In this document: piece after piece, positions 12,098 to 22,733 of the stretch
How positions within the stretch are numbered: position 1 is the stretch's first letter
Layout of the letters: every line of letters begins with the position of its first letter
Source: Cupriavidus necator
Lineage (GTDB): Bacteria; Pseudomonadota; Gammaproteobacteria; Burkholderiales; Burkholderiaceae
DNA: 32,000 bases
Direction of reading: 5' to 3'
Assembly (NCBI RefSeq): GCF_016127575.1
Contig: NZ_CP066018.1
Span: forward strand, 510,001-542,000
Made by a program: the position numbers and the translations under genes
Notes under the pieces: model-generated
Seen by the model: the letters and a program-made list of their open reading frames with translations, nothing else
Told to the model about the DNA's origin: nothing
Database searches by the model: none

Positions 12098-15000
12098 TTA
12101 TTCGTAGAGGGTGCTGACGCTGTCCGGCGACAGTGCCAGCCGCAACGCGGTCAGCGCCTCGTCGGAGGGCACCACCTTCCAGTCCGCTCCGAGCATGGCC
12201 TCGCACGAAGCCGCCCCCGACTGGTAGTGGATGCGCACCGGCAAACCCTGTCCACCGCTGGCGCGGGCCAGGTGCGGCATCAGCAGTTCGCGCAGCATCC
12301 CGGTCGAGGAATTGCCATTCATCGACAACCGCACGGCGCTGGCAAACTTGACGCGTGCGGCCACCAGGTCCATCACCGATTCCGCCGTAAACCTCACCCC
12401 ACCGGTAAACGTATCGTGCCGCGCGTTCCCCGTGGCGATCAGCAGCTCGTCCTCGCGGAACATGTGCCGGTTGGCGTCGAACAGCTCGTTGAACACCGTC
12501 ATCTCGACCAGCCCGGTGCCGTCGTCGAGCGTGACGATCACCATCTTGCCGCGCTGCGTCATCTGCGTGCGGACGCCGCTGATCACGCCGGCGATGGTCT
12601 TGCCGCGCACGTCGCGGCCGAAACCGCCGCCGTTGCCCTGCACTTCCTTTTCCAGCGCGGCCAGCGTGCCCTTGTTGAAGCGGCGCACCTCGTCGCGGTA
12701 GGCATCGAACAGGTGGCCTGAGAAGTAGTAGCCGAGCGCCTGCTTCTCTTCCTGCAGCGTGCGCTTGGGACTCCAGCGCGGCTCGTCGAGCAGCTCGGGG
12801 CGGTGCGCATCGCCGGCATCGCCCATCAGGTCGAACAGCGACACCTGGTTGGCGGACTCGGCCTTCTGCTCGGCGGCCTCCATCGCGATCGGCACCGAGG
12901 CCAGCAGCTGGGCGCGGTTGTCGTTCAGGCTGTCGAAGGCGCCGGCGCGGATCAGCGCCTCGATGGTGCGGCGATTGACCTGGCGGCGGTCGACGCGTTC
13001 GCAGAAGTCGAACAGATCGGTGAACGGGCGCTCCTCGCGTGCGCGCAGGATATCTTCGATCGCGCCCTGGCCGCTGCCCTTGATGCCACCAAGGCCGTAG
13101 CGGATGGTCTTGGGGTCGGTCGGCGCGAAGCGGTATTCGCTGGCGTTGACGTCCGGCGGCAGCACCGCGAGCTTGTTGAGCTTGCAGTCCTCGTAGAGGA
13201 TCTTGACCTTGTCGGTGTCGTCCATGGCGAGCGACATGTTGGCTGCCATGAATTCGGCCGGATGGTGGGCCTTGAGCCAGGCGGTGTAGTACGCCAGCAG
13301 CGCATACGCGGCCGCGTGCGACTTGTTGAAGCCGTAGCCCGCGAACTTCTCCATCAGGTCGAAGATATCGTCGGCCTGCTGCGCGGAGAGGCCGTTCTTG
13401 TCGGCGCCTTCGCGGAACATGACGCGATGCTGGGCCATCTCCTCGGGCTTCTTCTTGCCCATGGCGCGGCGCAGCAGGTCGGCGCCGCCGAGCGAGTAGC
13501 CGCCGATGATCTGCGCCATCTGCATCACCTGCTCCTGGTAGACCATGATGCCGTAGGTCTCTTTCAGGACGGGTTCGACGCGCGGATCCGGGTACTCCAC
13601 CTTCTCGCGGCCGTGCTTGCGCGCGCAGAAGCTGGGGATCAGGTCCATCGGGCCCGGGCGGTACAGTGCCACCAGCGCGATGATGTCCTCGAAGCGGTCA
13701 GGCTTGGCGTCCTTCAGCATGCCCTGCATGCCGCGGCTTTCCAGCTGGAACACGGCGACCGTGTTGGCGGTCTTGAGGATATCGAAGGCGGGACCGTCGT
13801 CGAGCGGGATATGGCTGCAGTTCCAGTCAGCCTTGCTGGGGTCGAGACGGCGGATATAGCGCTCGGCCCAGTCCAGGATGGTCAGCGTGGTCAGGCCCAA
13901 AAAGTCGAACTTGACCAGGCCGGCGGCCTCGACGTCGTCCTTGTCGTACTGGCTGACCACGCCGCTCATGCCGTCGTTCTGCGCGCCCTGCGTGTACAGC
14001 GGGCAGAAGTCGGTCAGCCGGCCGGGCGCGATCAGCACGCCGCCGGCATGCATGCCGACGTTGCGGGTCATGCCTTCGACGCGCTGTGCCAGCTCCAGCA
14101 GCTGGCGCACTTCTTCCTCGTTGCTCTCGCGCTCGGTCAGCAGCGGCTCTTCCTTCTTGGCTTCCTCGATGGTGACCAGCTTGCCCGGCTTGAACGGGAT
14201 CAGCTTGGCGATGCCGTCGACAAAGCCGTAGCCGAGATCGAGCACCCGGCCCACGTCGCGCACCGCGGCCTTTGCCGCCATGGTGCCGAAGGTGGCGATC
14301 TGCGATACCGCGTCCTTGCCGTACTTCTCTTTCACGTACGTGATCACGCGATCGCGGCCGTGCTGGCAGAAGTCGATGTCGAAGTCGGGCATCGAGACCC
14401 GTTCCGGGTTCAGGAAACGCTCGAACAGCAGCGCGTACTTGAGCGGATCCAGGTCGGTAATGCCGAGCGCATACGCGACCAGCGAACCGGCGCCCGAACC
14501 GCGGCCCGGTCCCACCGGCACGCCGTTGTTCTTGGCCCAGTTGATAAAGTCCGCCACGATCAGGAAGTAGCCGGGGAAGCCCATCTTGATGATGGTGCCG
14601 GTCTCGAATTCCAGCCGTGCGTAGTATTCCGGGCGCTTGGATTCGCGCACCGCCTCGTCGGGGAACAGCACCGCCAGGCGCTTCTCCAGCCCGTCCTTGG
14701 CCATGTAGACCAGGTAGTCGTCCAGCGACATGCCGTCGGGCGTCGGGAACAGCGGCAGGCGCGGCTTGCCCAGTTCCAGCGTCAGGTTGCAGCGGCGCGC
14801 GATCTCGACCGCGTTCTCCAGTGCCGAGGGGATGTCGGCGAATAGCGCGCACATCTCGTCCTGGGTCTTGAAGTACTGGTCGGTGGTAAAGCGCCGCGTG
14901 CGGCGCGGATTGGCCAGCAGCTCGCCCTCGGCGATGCACACGCGCGCCTCGTGCGCGGTGTAGTCGTCCGGCGTCATGAACTGCACCGGATGCGTGGCCA

Positions 15001-15619
15001 CCACCGGCAGTTGCAGTTCCGCCGCCAGTTGCACGGCCTGCTGCACGTAGGCATCGGTGCCGGCATTGCCGGCGCGCTGCAGTTCGATGTAGAAGCGCTG
15101 CGCGAATACCGTGGACCAATGCTGTGCCGCGCGGCGCGCACCGTCGGCATTGCCGTTGGCCAGCGCCATGCCGATATCGCCACCCATTGCGCCCGACAGG
15201 GCGATCAGGCCGGTCGCGAGCGGCAGGTCGTCTTCGCCGGGTTCCAGGAACCAGGCCGGATCGATCTCGGCGCGGCCGCGGTGCTGGTTGCCCAGCCACG
15301 CGCGCGACAACAGCATGCACAGGTTCAGGTAGCCGCGGCGGTCCTGCACCAGCAGCAGCAGGCGCGACGGCTTGTCGCGGTCTTCGGCGTTGGTGAGCCA
15401 GACGTCGGCACCGACCACCGGCTTCACGCCCTTGCCGCGCGCCTCCTTGTAGTAACGGATCAGCCCGAAGGCGTTGGCGAGATCCGTCAGGGCGAGCGCG
15501 CCCATGCCGTCGGCGGCAGCGGCCTTGACGGCGTCTTCCAGGCGGACGATGCCGTCCACGATGGAGTATTCGGAATGCAGGCGGAGGTGTACGAAGCGGG
15601 GTGCGGACATGGGCGACAT
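12098..15619 (-). CDS. dnaE: DNA polymerase III alpha subunit
   Basis: About 1170-aa ORF with a PHP domain start (FVHLRLHSEYSIVDG), polymerase core (GPGRGSGAGSLVAYALGITDLDP, MPDFDIDF) and a C-terminal OB fold. Start chosen at the ATG at 15619; the ATG at 15610 is also possible. Confidence 0.93.
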   Translation of the reverse strand: MSPMSAPRFVHLRLHSEYSIVDGIVRLEDAVKAAAADGMGALALTDLANAFGLIRYYKEARGKGVKPVVGADVWLTNAEDRDKPSRLLLLVQDRRGYLNLCMLLSRAWLGNQHRGRAEIDPAWFLEPGEDDLPLATGLIALSGAMGGDIGMALANGNADGARRAAQHWSTVFAQRFYIELQRAGNAGTDAYVQQAVQLAAELQLPVVATHPVQFMTPDDYTAHEARVCIAEGELLANPRRTRRFTTDQYFKTQDEMCALFADIPSALENAVEIARRCNLTLELGKPRLPLFPTPDGMSLDDYLVYMAKDGLEKRLAVLFPDEAVRESKRPEYYARLEFETGTIIKMGFPGYFLIVADFINWAKNNGVPVGPGRGSGAGSLVAYALGITDLDPLKYALLFERFLNPERVSMPDFDIDFCQHGRDRVITYVKEKYGKDAVSQIATFGTMAAKAAVRDVGRVLDLGYGFVDGIAKLIPFKPGKLVTIEEAKKEEPLLTERESNEEEVRQLLELAQRVEGMTRNVGMHAGGVLIAPGRLTDFCPLYTQGAQNDGMSGVVSQYDKDDVEAAGLVKFDFLGLTTLTILDWAERYIRRLDPSKADWNCSHIPLDDGPAFDILKTANTVAVFQLESRGMQGMLKDAKPDRFEDIIALVALYRPGPMDLIPSFCARKHGREKVEYPDPRVEPVLKETYGIMVYQEQVMQMAQIIGGYSLGGADLLRRAMGKKKPEEMAQHRVMFREGADKNGLSAQQADDIFDLMEKFAGYGFNKSHAAAYALLAYYTAWLKAHHPAEFMAANMSLAMDDTDKVKILYEDCKLNKLAVLPPDVNASEYRFAPTDPKTIRYGLGGIKGSGQGAIEDILRAREERPFTDLFDFCERVDRRQVNRRTIEALIRAGAFDSLNDNRAQLLASVPIAMEAAEQKAESANQVSLFDLMGDAGDAHRPELLDEPRWSPKRTLQEEKQALGYYFSGHLFDAYRDEVRRFNKGTLAALEKEVQGNGGGFGRDVRGKTIAGVISGVRTQMTQRGKMVIVTLDDGTGLVEMTVFNELFDANRHMFREDELLIATGNARHDTFTGGVRFTAESVMDLVAARVKFASAVRLSMNGNSSTGMLRELLMPHLARASGGQGLPVRIHYQSGAASCEAMLGADWKVVPSDEALTALRLALSPDSVSTLYE

Positions 15620-15736
15620 TGTACCGGCTCGGGCCGCTGGCATGCCTCCGATATTGCGTGCGGGCGGCCTGGCGCGAGGGCCCGGCATAGCTGATCGGAG
15701 TGCTTGGGAATGCGCGGCGGCGGCGCCCGCACGCGT

Positions 15737-15742
15737 TATAAT
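15737..15742 (+). promoter_or_regulatory. possible -10 element for trhO
   Basis: A perfect TATAAT lies in GC-rich intergenic DNA 76 nt upstream of the trhO ATG. No convincing -35 was seen. Confidence 0.25.
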
Positions 15743-15817
15743 TTCACCTTTCCAATCAGGCAGTTATCGCAAGCCGTCGGCGCCCTTCGGGACGCGGCCG
15801 CGCAGGCGCAGTCTCCC

Positions 15818-16666
15818 ATGCAGATCGTCAATATTTCCGCTTACAAATTCGTCTCGCTGGACGACATCGAGACCCTGCGCCCGGCCATGCGCGAGCGCTG
15901 CGAAGCGGCCGGCCTGAAGGGCACGATCCTGCTCGCGCCCGAAGGCATCAATATGTTCCTGGCCGGGCCGCGCGCAGCCATCGACGGTTTCATGGACTGG
16001 CTGCACGCCGATGCGCGCTTTGCCGATATCGCGCCCAAGGAAAGCCTGTCGGAAAACCAGCCCTTCAAGCGCATGCTGGTGCGCGCCAAGAAGGAAATCA
16101 TCACCATGAAGATGCCGCTGATCCGCCCCGAGGAAGGCCGCGCGCCGTCAGTGCGTCCGGCCGAACTGAAGCGCTGGCTGGACCAGGGGCACGACGACGA
16201 AGGCCGCCCGGTGGTGATGCTGGACACGCGCAATGATTTCGAAGTCGCGGTTGGCACGTTCGAAGACGCCGTGGAATATGACATCGCCAAGTTCAGCGAA
16301 TTTCCCGAGGCGGTGGCGGCCCACAAGGCGGAGCTGGAAGGCAAGACCGTGGTGTCGTTCTGCACCGGCGGCATCCGCTGCGAGAAGGCGGCGATCCATA
16401 TGCAGGAAGTCGGCGTCGAGCGCGTGTACCAGCTCGAGGGCGGCATCCTGAAGTACTTCGAGGAAGTCGGCGGCAGCCATTATCGCGGCGACTGCTTCGT
16501 CTTTGACTACCGCACCGCGCTGAACCCCAACCTGGAGCCAGCCGGCCCCAAGCAGTGCTTTGCCTGCCGCGCGGTGGTCACGCCGCAGGAGCAGCAAAGC
16601 CCGCACTACGTGGTCGGCAAGAGCTGCCCCCACTGCATCGGCAGCAAGGACCAGGCCGCAGCGTAA
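15818..16666 (+). CDS. trhO: rhodanese-domain tRNA U34 hydroxylase (UPF0176/YceA family)
   Basis: ATG at 15818 ([16 protein letters not shown]...[16 protein letters not shown]). It has the rhodanese active-site loop [10 protein letters not shown] and a C-terminal Cys cluster. Confidence 0.85.
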   Translation: MQIVNISAYKFVSLDDIETLRPAMRERCEAAGLKGTILLAPEGINMFLAGPRAAIDGFMDWLHADARFADIAPKESLSENQPFKRMLVRAKKEIITMKMPLIRPEEGRAPSVRPAELKRWLDQGHDDEGRPVVMLDTRNDFEVAVGTFEDAVEYDIAKFSEFPEAVAAHKAELEGKTVVSFCTGGIRCEKAAIHMQEVGVERVYQLEGGILKYFEEVGGSHYRGDCFVFDYRTALNPNLEPAGPKQCFACRAVVTPQEQQSPHYVVGKSCPHCIGSKDQAAA

Positions 16667-16678
16667 GAAGCCGGCGGC

Positions 16679-17359
16679 TCAGGCGGCCAGCAGGTGGTAA
16701 AGATTGCGCAGCATGCCCGCGGTGGCGCCCCAGATAAAGCGGTGGCCGCCAGTCTCGCGCGGATAGGGCATGGCGTAGAACACCCGCTCGCCGTCGACCC
16801 AGCGGAACAGCCGCCGTTCGTGGTGGGATGGGTCCATCAGAAACGCGAGCGGCACCTCGAAGACATCGGCAACCTCCGAGGCATCCGGGCGCAGCGTGAA
16901 ACCGTCGCGCACCAGCCCTACCACGGGGCTCACGTGGAAACCGGTGCCGGTAATGTAGTCCGGCAGCGCACCCAGCACTTCGACATAGTCGCGCGCCAGC
17001 CCCACCTCTTCTTCCGTCTCGCGCAGCGCGGTGTCGATACGGTTGACATCCCATGACTCCTGCCGCCCGCCCGGGAAGCTGATCTGCCCGGCATGCGCGC
17101 TCAGGTTGGCATTGCGCTGCGTCAGCAGCACCGTCAGGCCGTCATGGCGCTCCACCAGCGGCACCAGCACGGCGGCGTCGCGCAGTCCGCGGCTGCGGTC
17201 ATAGACGCGCGATTCATCGGTCAGCTCCGGCGCCCAGGCCGGCGGCACCCGGAAGCGGTGCCGGATAAAGTCCACCTCAAGCCGCGGCGCGCTCAGGGCG
17301 CCGTTGCGCAGGTCGGTGTCGATGACGGGGAGGGATTCGGGATCGAAAGCAGGACGCAT
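16679..17359 (-). CDS. NUDIX hydrolase, CoA pyrophosphatase type
   Basis: ATG at 17359. LLTQRNANLSAHAGQISFPGG matches the CoA-type upstream motif, followed by the Nudix box ALRETEEEVGL. Confidence 0.8.
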   Translation of the reverse strand: MRPAFDPESLPVIDTDLRNGALSAPRLEVDFIRHRFRVPPAWAPELTDESRVYDRSRGLRDAAVLVPLVERHDGLTVLLTQRNANLSAHAGQISFPGGRQESWDVNRIDTALRETEEEVGLARDYVEVLGALPDYITGTGFHVSPVVGLVRDGFTLRPDASEVADVFEVPLAFLMDPSHHERRLFRWVDGERVFYAMPYPRETGGHRFIWGATAGMLRNLYHLLAA

Positions 17360-17443
17360 AACATCGCAAGTATGACAGAAGCGCGCATTCTGGCGCTGCA
17401 GCAAAAAGCGCCTGCCGCTTCCATCGTTGCGCCGCGCCAATGC

Positions 17444-17468
17444 AAAAAGGGCACCCTGGGGTGCCCTT
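17444..17468 (-). terminator. Rho-independent terminator of the rpsP-rimM-trmD-rplS operon
   Basis: The minus strand reads GAAGGGCACC-ccag-GGTGCCCTTTTTGC, a stem plus T-run, 45 nt after the rplS stop. Confidence 0.8.
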
Positions 17469-17512
17469 CCTGAGGAAACGCTGGCCGGGCTGCCCCGGCC
17501 GGCATGCCCAGC

Positions 17513-17905
17513 TTACTGCGCAGCCTTGGCAGCGACAGCAGCCTTCGACACCAGCTTTTCCTTGATACGTGCGGACTTGCCCGAACGCTGGCGCAGGTAG
17601 TACAGCTTCGCGCGACGCACGTCGCCGCGACGCTTCACTTCGATGGCAGCGATCAGCGGCGAGTACAGCTGGAACGTACGTTCCACGCCTTCACCCGACG
17701 AGATCTTGCGCACGATGAAGGACGAATTCAGGCCGCGGTTGCGCTTGGCAATCACGACGCCTTCGTAGGCCTGCACGCGCTTGCGGTTACCTTCCACCAC
17801 GTTCACGCTGACAACCACGGTGTCGCCAGGCGCGAATGCGGGGATGGTCTTGTTCGCGGTCAGACGCGCGATCTCTTCCTTCTCGATCTGCTCGATGATG
17901 TTCAT
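17513..17905 (-). CDS. rplS: 50S ribosomal protein L19
   Basis: The ATG at 17905 gives a 130-aa protein, [15 protein letters not shown]...[32 protein letters not shown]. Confidence 0.95.
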
Positions 17906-17979
17906 CGTTTTTCTCCGTAGCCATCGTGCCGGCGTTGTATGCCCCAGGCATTGCCCGGGCCCCGGCAGAGGATGGGGTT

Positions 17980-18762
17980 TTACCTGGCGGGGGTCTCCCC
18001 CCGCCCTTCCTTCGCCGCCCATTCCGACAAGAACTTCTCGTCGGCCCGGGTCAGCAAACCTTGTTTGCGAGCGGCCTCGATCAGATCGGGACGCTTGCTC
18101 GCGGTATTGGCCAGCGCCTGCTGGCGCCGCCATTTCTCGATCTCGGCGTGATGGCCCCCGAGCAGGATCTCGGGCACCCGCACGCCTTCATATTCTTCCG
18201 GCCGCGTGTAGTGCGGACAATCCAGCAGGCCGTTGACAAAGCTGTCCTGCACGGCCGACTGCGCATCGCCCAGCACGCCCGGCAGATGCCGCACCACGGC
18301 GTCGATCAGCGCCATCGCCGGCAGTTCGCCGCCCGACAGCACAAAGTCGCCGAGGCTGATTTCCTCGTCCACGCGGCGGTCGATCAGCCGCTGGTCGATG
18401 GCCTCATACCGGCCGCACAGCAAAACCAGGCCCGGCCGTTCGGCCAGTTCCATCACCTTGGCATGCGACAGCGTCTTGCCCTGCGGCGACATCAGCACCA
18501 CATGCGGCTCTGGCACGCCGGCCTGCGCCTGAGCCGCCACCGCGGCATCGATCGCGTCATCCAGCGGCTTGGCCAGCATCACCATGCCGGGGCCGCCGCC
18601 GTAAGGACGATCGTCGATGGTGCGGTAGTTGTCGACCGTGAAATCCCGCGGATTCCAGGTACGCAAGCCATAGCGCTGCTGCTTTGCCGCCCGGCTGGTG
18701 ATACCCCAGTCGGTCAGCGCGCGAAACATGTCGGGAAACAGCGTGATCACATCGAACTGCAT
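17980..18762 (-). CDS. trmD: tRNA (guanine37-N1)-methyltransferase
   Basis: ATG at 18762 ([25 protein letters not shown]...[13 protein letters not shown]...[15 protein letters not shown]). Confidence 0.95.
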
Positions 18763-18804
18763 CCGCTCTCTCCCTTCCGAACCCCGCACCGCGAAGGCAC
18801 GGGT

Positions 18805-19473
18805 TCAGTAATCGAGCCCCCAGTCGACCACGATGCGCTTGCCCGCGGTATCGACCGAGCGCAGGAACGCATCGACAAACGGGATCAGCCGTTCACCGGC
18901 CTTGCCGTCAGGGAGCACGCAGGCCACCTGCAGGATCTGGTGGGCACCGTTGTCGATCAGCCCGGACACCTCGCCCAGCAACTCGCCTTGCTCGTTGCTG
19001 ACGGTGCAGCCGATCAGGTCGACCCAGTAGAACTCATCTTCTTCCGGCGCGGGAAAATCCGCACGCCGGATCCACACGCGACGGCCCTTGAGCGCTTCCG
19101 CAAGATTGCGGTCGGCCACGCCGGACGCTTGCGCCACGACGGTGCCGCTGTGCTCGCGCGACTGCGCGATCTTCACGCAGACGGGCTGGGCACGCGACGC
19201 ATCGGCCGCCACCAGCCCCGCCTGCGGCGGTGCCAGCAGCCACCAGCGGCGGGCATGCAGCAGGGCCGAAGCATCATCGGCATGCGGCAAGACCTTGATC
19301 CAGCCGCGGATGCCGTAGGCAGCGCCAATATAGCCGACCTCCACCAGGTCTTCCGGCAGGGGGTCGGCATACAGGAGCGCCGCGGGCAGTTTGCAAGCCT
19401 TTTGCGGCTCGCCCTGGGGCTGAACCAGCGGTCGGTTCAGCGGCCGGGCGGCGCCCTGCTTTCGTTCAGTCAC
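18805..19473 (-). CDS. rimM: 16S rRNA processing protein RimM
   Basis: Contains GAAYGIRGWIKV and a PRC-barrel C-terminus. The start is uncertain: GTG at 19473 is chosen here, and TTG at 19506 is the ORF maximum. Confidence 0.85.
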   Translation of the reverse strand: MTERKQGAARPLNRPLVQPQGEPQKACKLPAALLYADPLPEDLVEVGYIGAAYGIRGWIKVLPHADDASALLHARRWWLLAPPQAGLVAADASRAQPVCVKIAQSREHSGTVVAQASGVADRNLAEALKGRRVWIRRADFPAPEEDEFYWVDLIGCTVSNEQGELLGEVSGLIDNGAHQILQVACVLPDGKAGERLIPFVDAFLRSVDTAGKRIVVDWGLDY

Positions 19474-19539
19474 GTGTGCAATAAGAACGCGCCCGGCCGG
19501 CCGCAAAAACGGCTCGACGGGGCGCGCTGCAGGCGACTA

Positions 19540-19794
19540 TCAGGCAGCAGCCTTGGCGGCGCCTTGCTTGACCAGGCGGGCAACGGTCGGCGACAGCTGA
19601 GCGCCAACACCTTGCCAGTAGGCCAGGCGGTCTTGCGCCAGGCGCAGGCCTTCTTCACCTTCCGTAGCCAGCGGGTTGTAGAAACCAACGCGCTCAATGA
19701 AACGACCATCGCGACGGTTGCGCGAGTCGGTGGCGACGATGTTGAAGAACGGGCGCTTCTTGCTGCCGCCGCGAGCCAGACGGATAACGACCAT
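19540..19794 (-). CDS. rpsP: 30S ribosomal protein S16
   Basis: ATG at 19794 ([41 protein letters not shown]). Confidence 0.95.
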   Translation of the reverse strand: MVVIRLARGGSKKRPFFNIVATDSRNRRDGRFIERVGFYNPLATEGEEGLRLAQDRLAYWQGVGAQLSPTVARLVKQGAAKAAA

Positions 19795-19946
19795 GGAATG
19801 ATTCCTCAGAAAACGGGGTGTTCGAGGACGTTCGAACACGAAACGCAAGAGTATAGCCCAATTACCGAGGCCAAACAAACACTTAGGTGATTGACGCGCG
19901 CCTGCCGTGCAGGCATCGTGGCAAAAACCGCGACAGGAGGCCCGAC

Positions 19947-21074
19947 ATGCGCCCCGTTCTGCACTTCATGGCCCGCACCTTACGGCCTGCTTCCCTGCTC
20001 GCCATTGTACTGCTGGCAGGCACCGGGTCCGCGCCGGCCGCCCTGCCGCTGGACCAGGTCCGGCTGCCGCCTGGTTTCCGCATCGAGGTGCTGACGCAGG
20101 ACGTGCCGGGTGCACGCGCCATGGCGATGTCGCCGTCGGGCACGCTCTTCGTCGGCTCGCGCAGCGAAGGCAAGGTCTACGCGGTGACCGACGCGCTGGG
20201 GGCCCGGCCGCGCGTGCGCACGGTCGCCACCGGGCTGCGCATGCCGGTCGGCGTGGCGTTGCACGACGGCAGCCTGTACGCATCCTCGGTGTCGAAGATC
20301 GTGCGGATCGACCATATCGAGGCCAGCCTCGACCAGCCGCCGGCACCAGCGGTGGTGAGCGACCGCTTCCCGACGGACGGGCATCACGGCTGGAAATTCA
20401 TCGCCTTCGGCCCCGACGGCTACCTCTACGTGCCGGTCGGCGCGCCATGCAATATCTGCGCGCCGGACGAGAACCGCTACGCCAACATCATGAAGATGAA
20501 GCCCGACGGCAGCGACCTGCAGGTGGTGGCACGCGGCGTGCGCAACACCGTCGGCTTCGACTGGCACCCGGCCACGCGCGAGCTGTGGTTCACCGACAAC
20601 GGGCGCGACCGCATGGGCGACGACGTTCCCGACGACGAGCTCAACCGCGCCACCGCTGCCGGCCAGCATTTCGGCTACCCTTACTGCCATGCCGGCACGG
20701 TTGCCGATCCCGAATACGGCAGCCAGCGCCCCTGCGCCGAGTTCGTGCCACCGGTGGCCCGCCTGGGTGCGCACGTCGCGGCCCTGGGCATGCGCTTCTA
20801 CACCGGCACGCAATTCCCGGCGGCCTACCGCCACAACGTCTTCATTGCCGAGCACGGCAGCTGGGACCGCAGCGAGCCGTCCGGCTACCGCGTGGTCCGC
20901 GTGGCGCTGGACGATGCCGGCAAGGCGGTGCGCCAGGAGGTGTTCGCGCAGGGCTGGCTGCGCGGCGGCAGGCCGTGGGGCCGCCCGGTCGATGTCCTGG
21001 TTGCGCCGGACGGTTCGCTGCTGGTCAGCGACGACCTTGCCGGGGCCATTTACCGCATCCGCTACCGACCCTGA
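19947..21074 (+). CDS. PQQ-dependent sugar (sorbosone/glucose-type) dehydrogenase, periplasmic
   Basis: ATG at 19947 is preceded by AGGAGG. It has a signal peptide, then beta-propeller motifs [28 protein letters not shown]...LWFTDNGRD and [10 protein letters not shown]. Confidence 0.8.
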   Translation: MRPVLHFMARTLRPASLLAIVLLAGTGSAPAALPLDQVRLPPGFRIEVLTQDVPGARAMAMSPSGTLFVGSRSEGKVYAVTDALGARPRVRTVATGLRMPVGVALHDGSLYASSVSKIVRIDHIEASLDQPPAPAVVSDRFPTDGHHGWKFIAFGPDGYLYVPVGAPCNICAPDENRYANIMKMKPDGSDLQVVARGVRNTVGFDWHPATRELWFTDNGRDRMGDDVPDDELNRATAAGQHFGYPYCHAGTVADPEYGSQRPCAEFVPPVARLGAHVAALGMRFYTGTQFPAAYRHNVFIAEHGSWDRSEPSGYRVVRVALDDAGKAVRQEVFAQGWLRGGRPWGRPVDVLVAPDGSLLVSDDLAGAIYRIRYRP

Positions 21075-21227
21075 ATCCCGCTGAAAACCCCACGGAACGG
21101 GGGTCTTGGTGGCCGAAACAATCCGTTACACCGGTAACGGGATTGGCATAGGCGCCCCGATGGCCCATGCGTACCATGAACCCATCTTCCAACAGCAACA
21201 CAGTGCGTCAGGAACCTGGGAATCCGC

Positions 21228-21629
21228 ATGCTCACCCGCTCTCTCCTGCGCGACCTGGTGGCTGGCATCCTGGTGGCCTCGGGCCTGGTCGGCGCGGTTG
21301 CCACCAGCCATGCCCAGGTCGCGTTCTGGCAACAAGTACGGCCCGATAGCCGGTCCGCACGGATGCAGCCGCAGCCCCGCGACGGCTGGCAGATGGCCAG
21401 CGTGCGCGCCGAGAGCCGCGAGCACGTGCAAGCCCAGATCGACCGCATGGAAGCACGTGCCCGTGCCGACGACCGCCTGAGCGGGCGCCGCGCCGCGCTG
21501 GCTGGTGCCCGCGACGACAACCGCGGCCGCGGCCAGGAACGCGACAATCCCAATGAAGCCCGCAACGACTCCCGGCCAGGCAACGTCGGCCCCGGCTGGC
21601 AGGCACGTGGCCGCGACAATGGCCGATAA
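21228..21629 (+). CDS. secreted hypothetical protein, Arg/Asp/Asn-rich low complexity
   Basis: It has a signal peptide, MLTRSLLRDLVAGILVASGLVGAVATSHA. No family recognised. Confidence 0.5.
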   Translation: MLTRSLLRDLVAGILVASGLVGAVATSHAQVAFWQQVRPDSRSARMQPQPRDGWQMASVRAESREHVQAQIDRMEARARADDRLSGRRAALAGARDDNRGRGQERDNPNEARNDSRPGNVGPGWQARGRDNGR

Positions 21630-21927
21630 CGGTCGCTGCTGACGGCTGTCGGCGCAACCCCGCCTATTGCCGCACGGCCCAACGGTCTTTCGGCTGGTCG
21701 CGGAACTCCTTCCCCGCTCTCCCTGTCTCTATTTAAGTGTGTGCCCCGCTTTCCGGGTGCCACGCACAGGCTGCCGCCCGGCGCTGTCCGGGGCTCACAG
21801 CGTGCCGTCCAGTGCAGACGGCAATCGAACTGACCTGCCTCTGCCCGACACCTCCTGCCGGACCCGATCAAGACGGCACGGGCGCAGCCTCCAGAAAGAC
21901 AATAACAATAATTCTGTGAGGTTTATC

Positions 21928-22083
21928 ATGCCATCCCTTCTTAGCGACCTGGCCGAACATGCCGGCCAGTTATCGCTGTCGATCCTGTTCATGGGCATCC
22001 TGACCCTGGTCCTCTACGGCGAAACACATATCAGCGAGCACGCGGTGGCCTTCCTGGACGGCCTGCAGTCAGGCTGGCATTAG
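21928..22083 (+). CDS. possible 51-aa single-pass membrane micro-protein
   Basis: ATG at 21928 follows an AT-rich stretch and GAGG. MPSLLSDLAEHAGQLSLSILFMGILTLVLYG contains one hydrophobic helix. Support is weak. Confidence 0.3.
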   Translation: MPSLLSDLAEHAGQLSLSILFMGILTLVLYGETHISEHAVAFLDGLQSGWH

Positions 22084-22219
22084 CGCCGTCCTGCGCGTCT
22101 TCTGACGCACTTCCCTTTCTTGCGCTGACTGCCGGCGTACAATGTGGGCCGGCCGGTACCCATGTGCCGCCGTTCCTGTGCCGGTGCATTGCCGGCCCGC
22201 AACCGCCGGAAATCCGACC

Positions 22220-22711
22220 ATGCCTGCAGCCACGCCAGCCCGCCATTCCTCGACGCTCGCCTCGCCGCCCGCCCGCGGCAAATCGAAGCTGCTGACGGTG
22301 GCGCTGGCGTTCCTGTGCGGCAGCCTGGGCGCGCATCGCTTCTACCTGGGCGGCCTGCGCGATCCGTATGGCTGGGTGCACCTGCTGGCGCTGCTGGCAG
22401 GCGCGATCGGCGTGGCCTCGATGGCGACCGGCGCGGGCAGCCCGGCGCTGAACTGGACCTTCGCCGTCGCCGGCGGAGCCTCTGTCATCAGCGCCTTCCT
22501 GGCGGCCATCGTCTACGGGCTGCGCCCGGACGACAAATGGGACGCGCGCTTCAACCAACTCGGCAAGCCTACACGCTCCGGCTGGCCGGTAGTGATCCTG
22601 GTGATCCTGTCGCTGCTGATCGGCACCGGCCTGCTGATGGCCGGGCTGGCAATCAGTTTCCAGACCTTCTTCGAATCGCAGGTCGAGGCCGCCCGCGCGT
22701 TGTCGCAATAG
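22220..22711 (+). CDS. TM2 domain-containing membrane protein
   Basis: ATG at 22220. KSKLLTVALAFLCGSLGAHRFYLGG is the TM2 signature, followed by additional TM helices. Confidence 0.75.
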   Translation: MPAATPARHSSTLASPPARGKSKLLTVALAFLCGSLGAHRFYLGGLRDPYGWVHLLALLAGAIGVASMATGAGSPALNWTFAVAGGASVISAFLAAIVYGLRPDDKWDARFNQLGKPTRSGWPVVILVILSLLIGTGLLMAGLAISFQTFFESQVEAARALSQ

Positions 22712-22733
22712 CTGCCGCGGCGACATTGGCGCC

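Noticed and set aside
12803-15320. Very long ORFs overlapping dnaE (12803..14845 +, 680 aa; 13827..15320 -, 497 aa in another frame)
   Set aside because: They are antisense or out of frame with a gene that shows unmistakable DnaE homology. Their Arg/Ala/Gly/His-rich composition is typical of shadow ORFs in high-G+C DNA.
17926-19890. 654-aa plus-strand ORF spanning the whole rplS-trmD-rimM-rpsP region
   Set aside because: It is antisense to four universally conserved genes, its translation is low-complexity and Arg/Ala/Gln/His/Gly-rich, and no motif is present. It is a shadow ORF.
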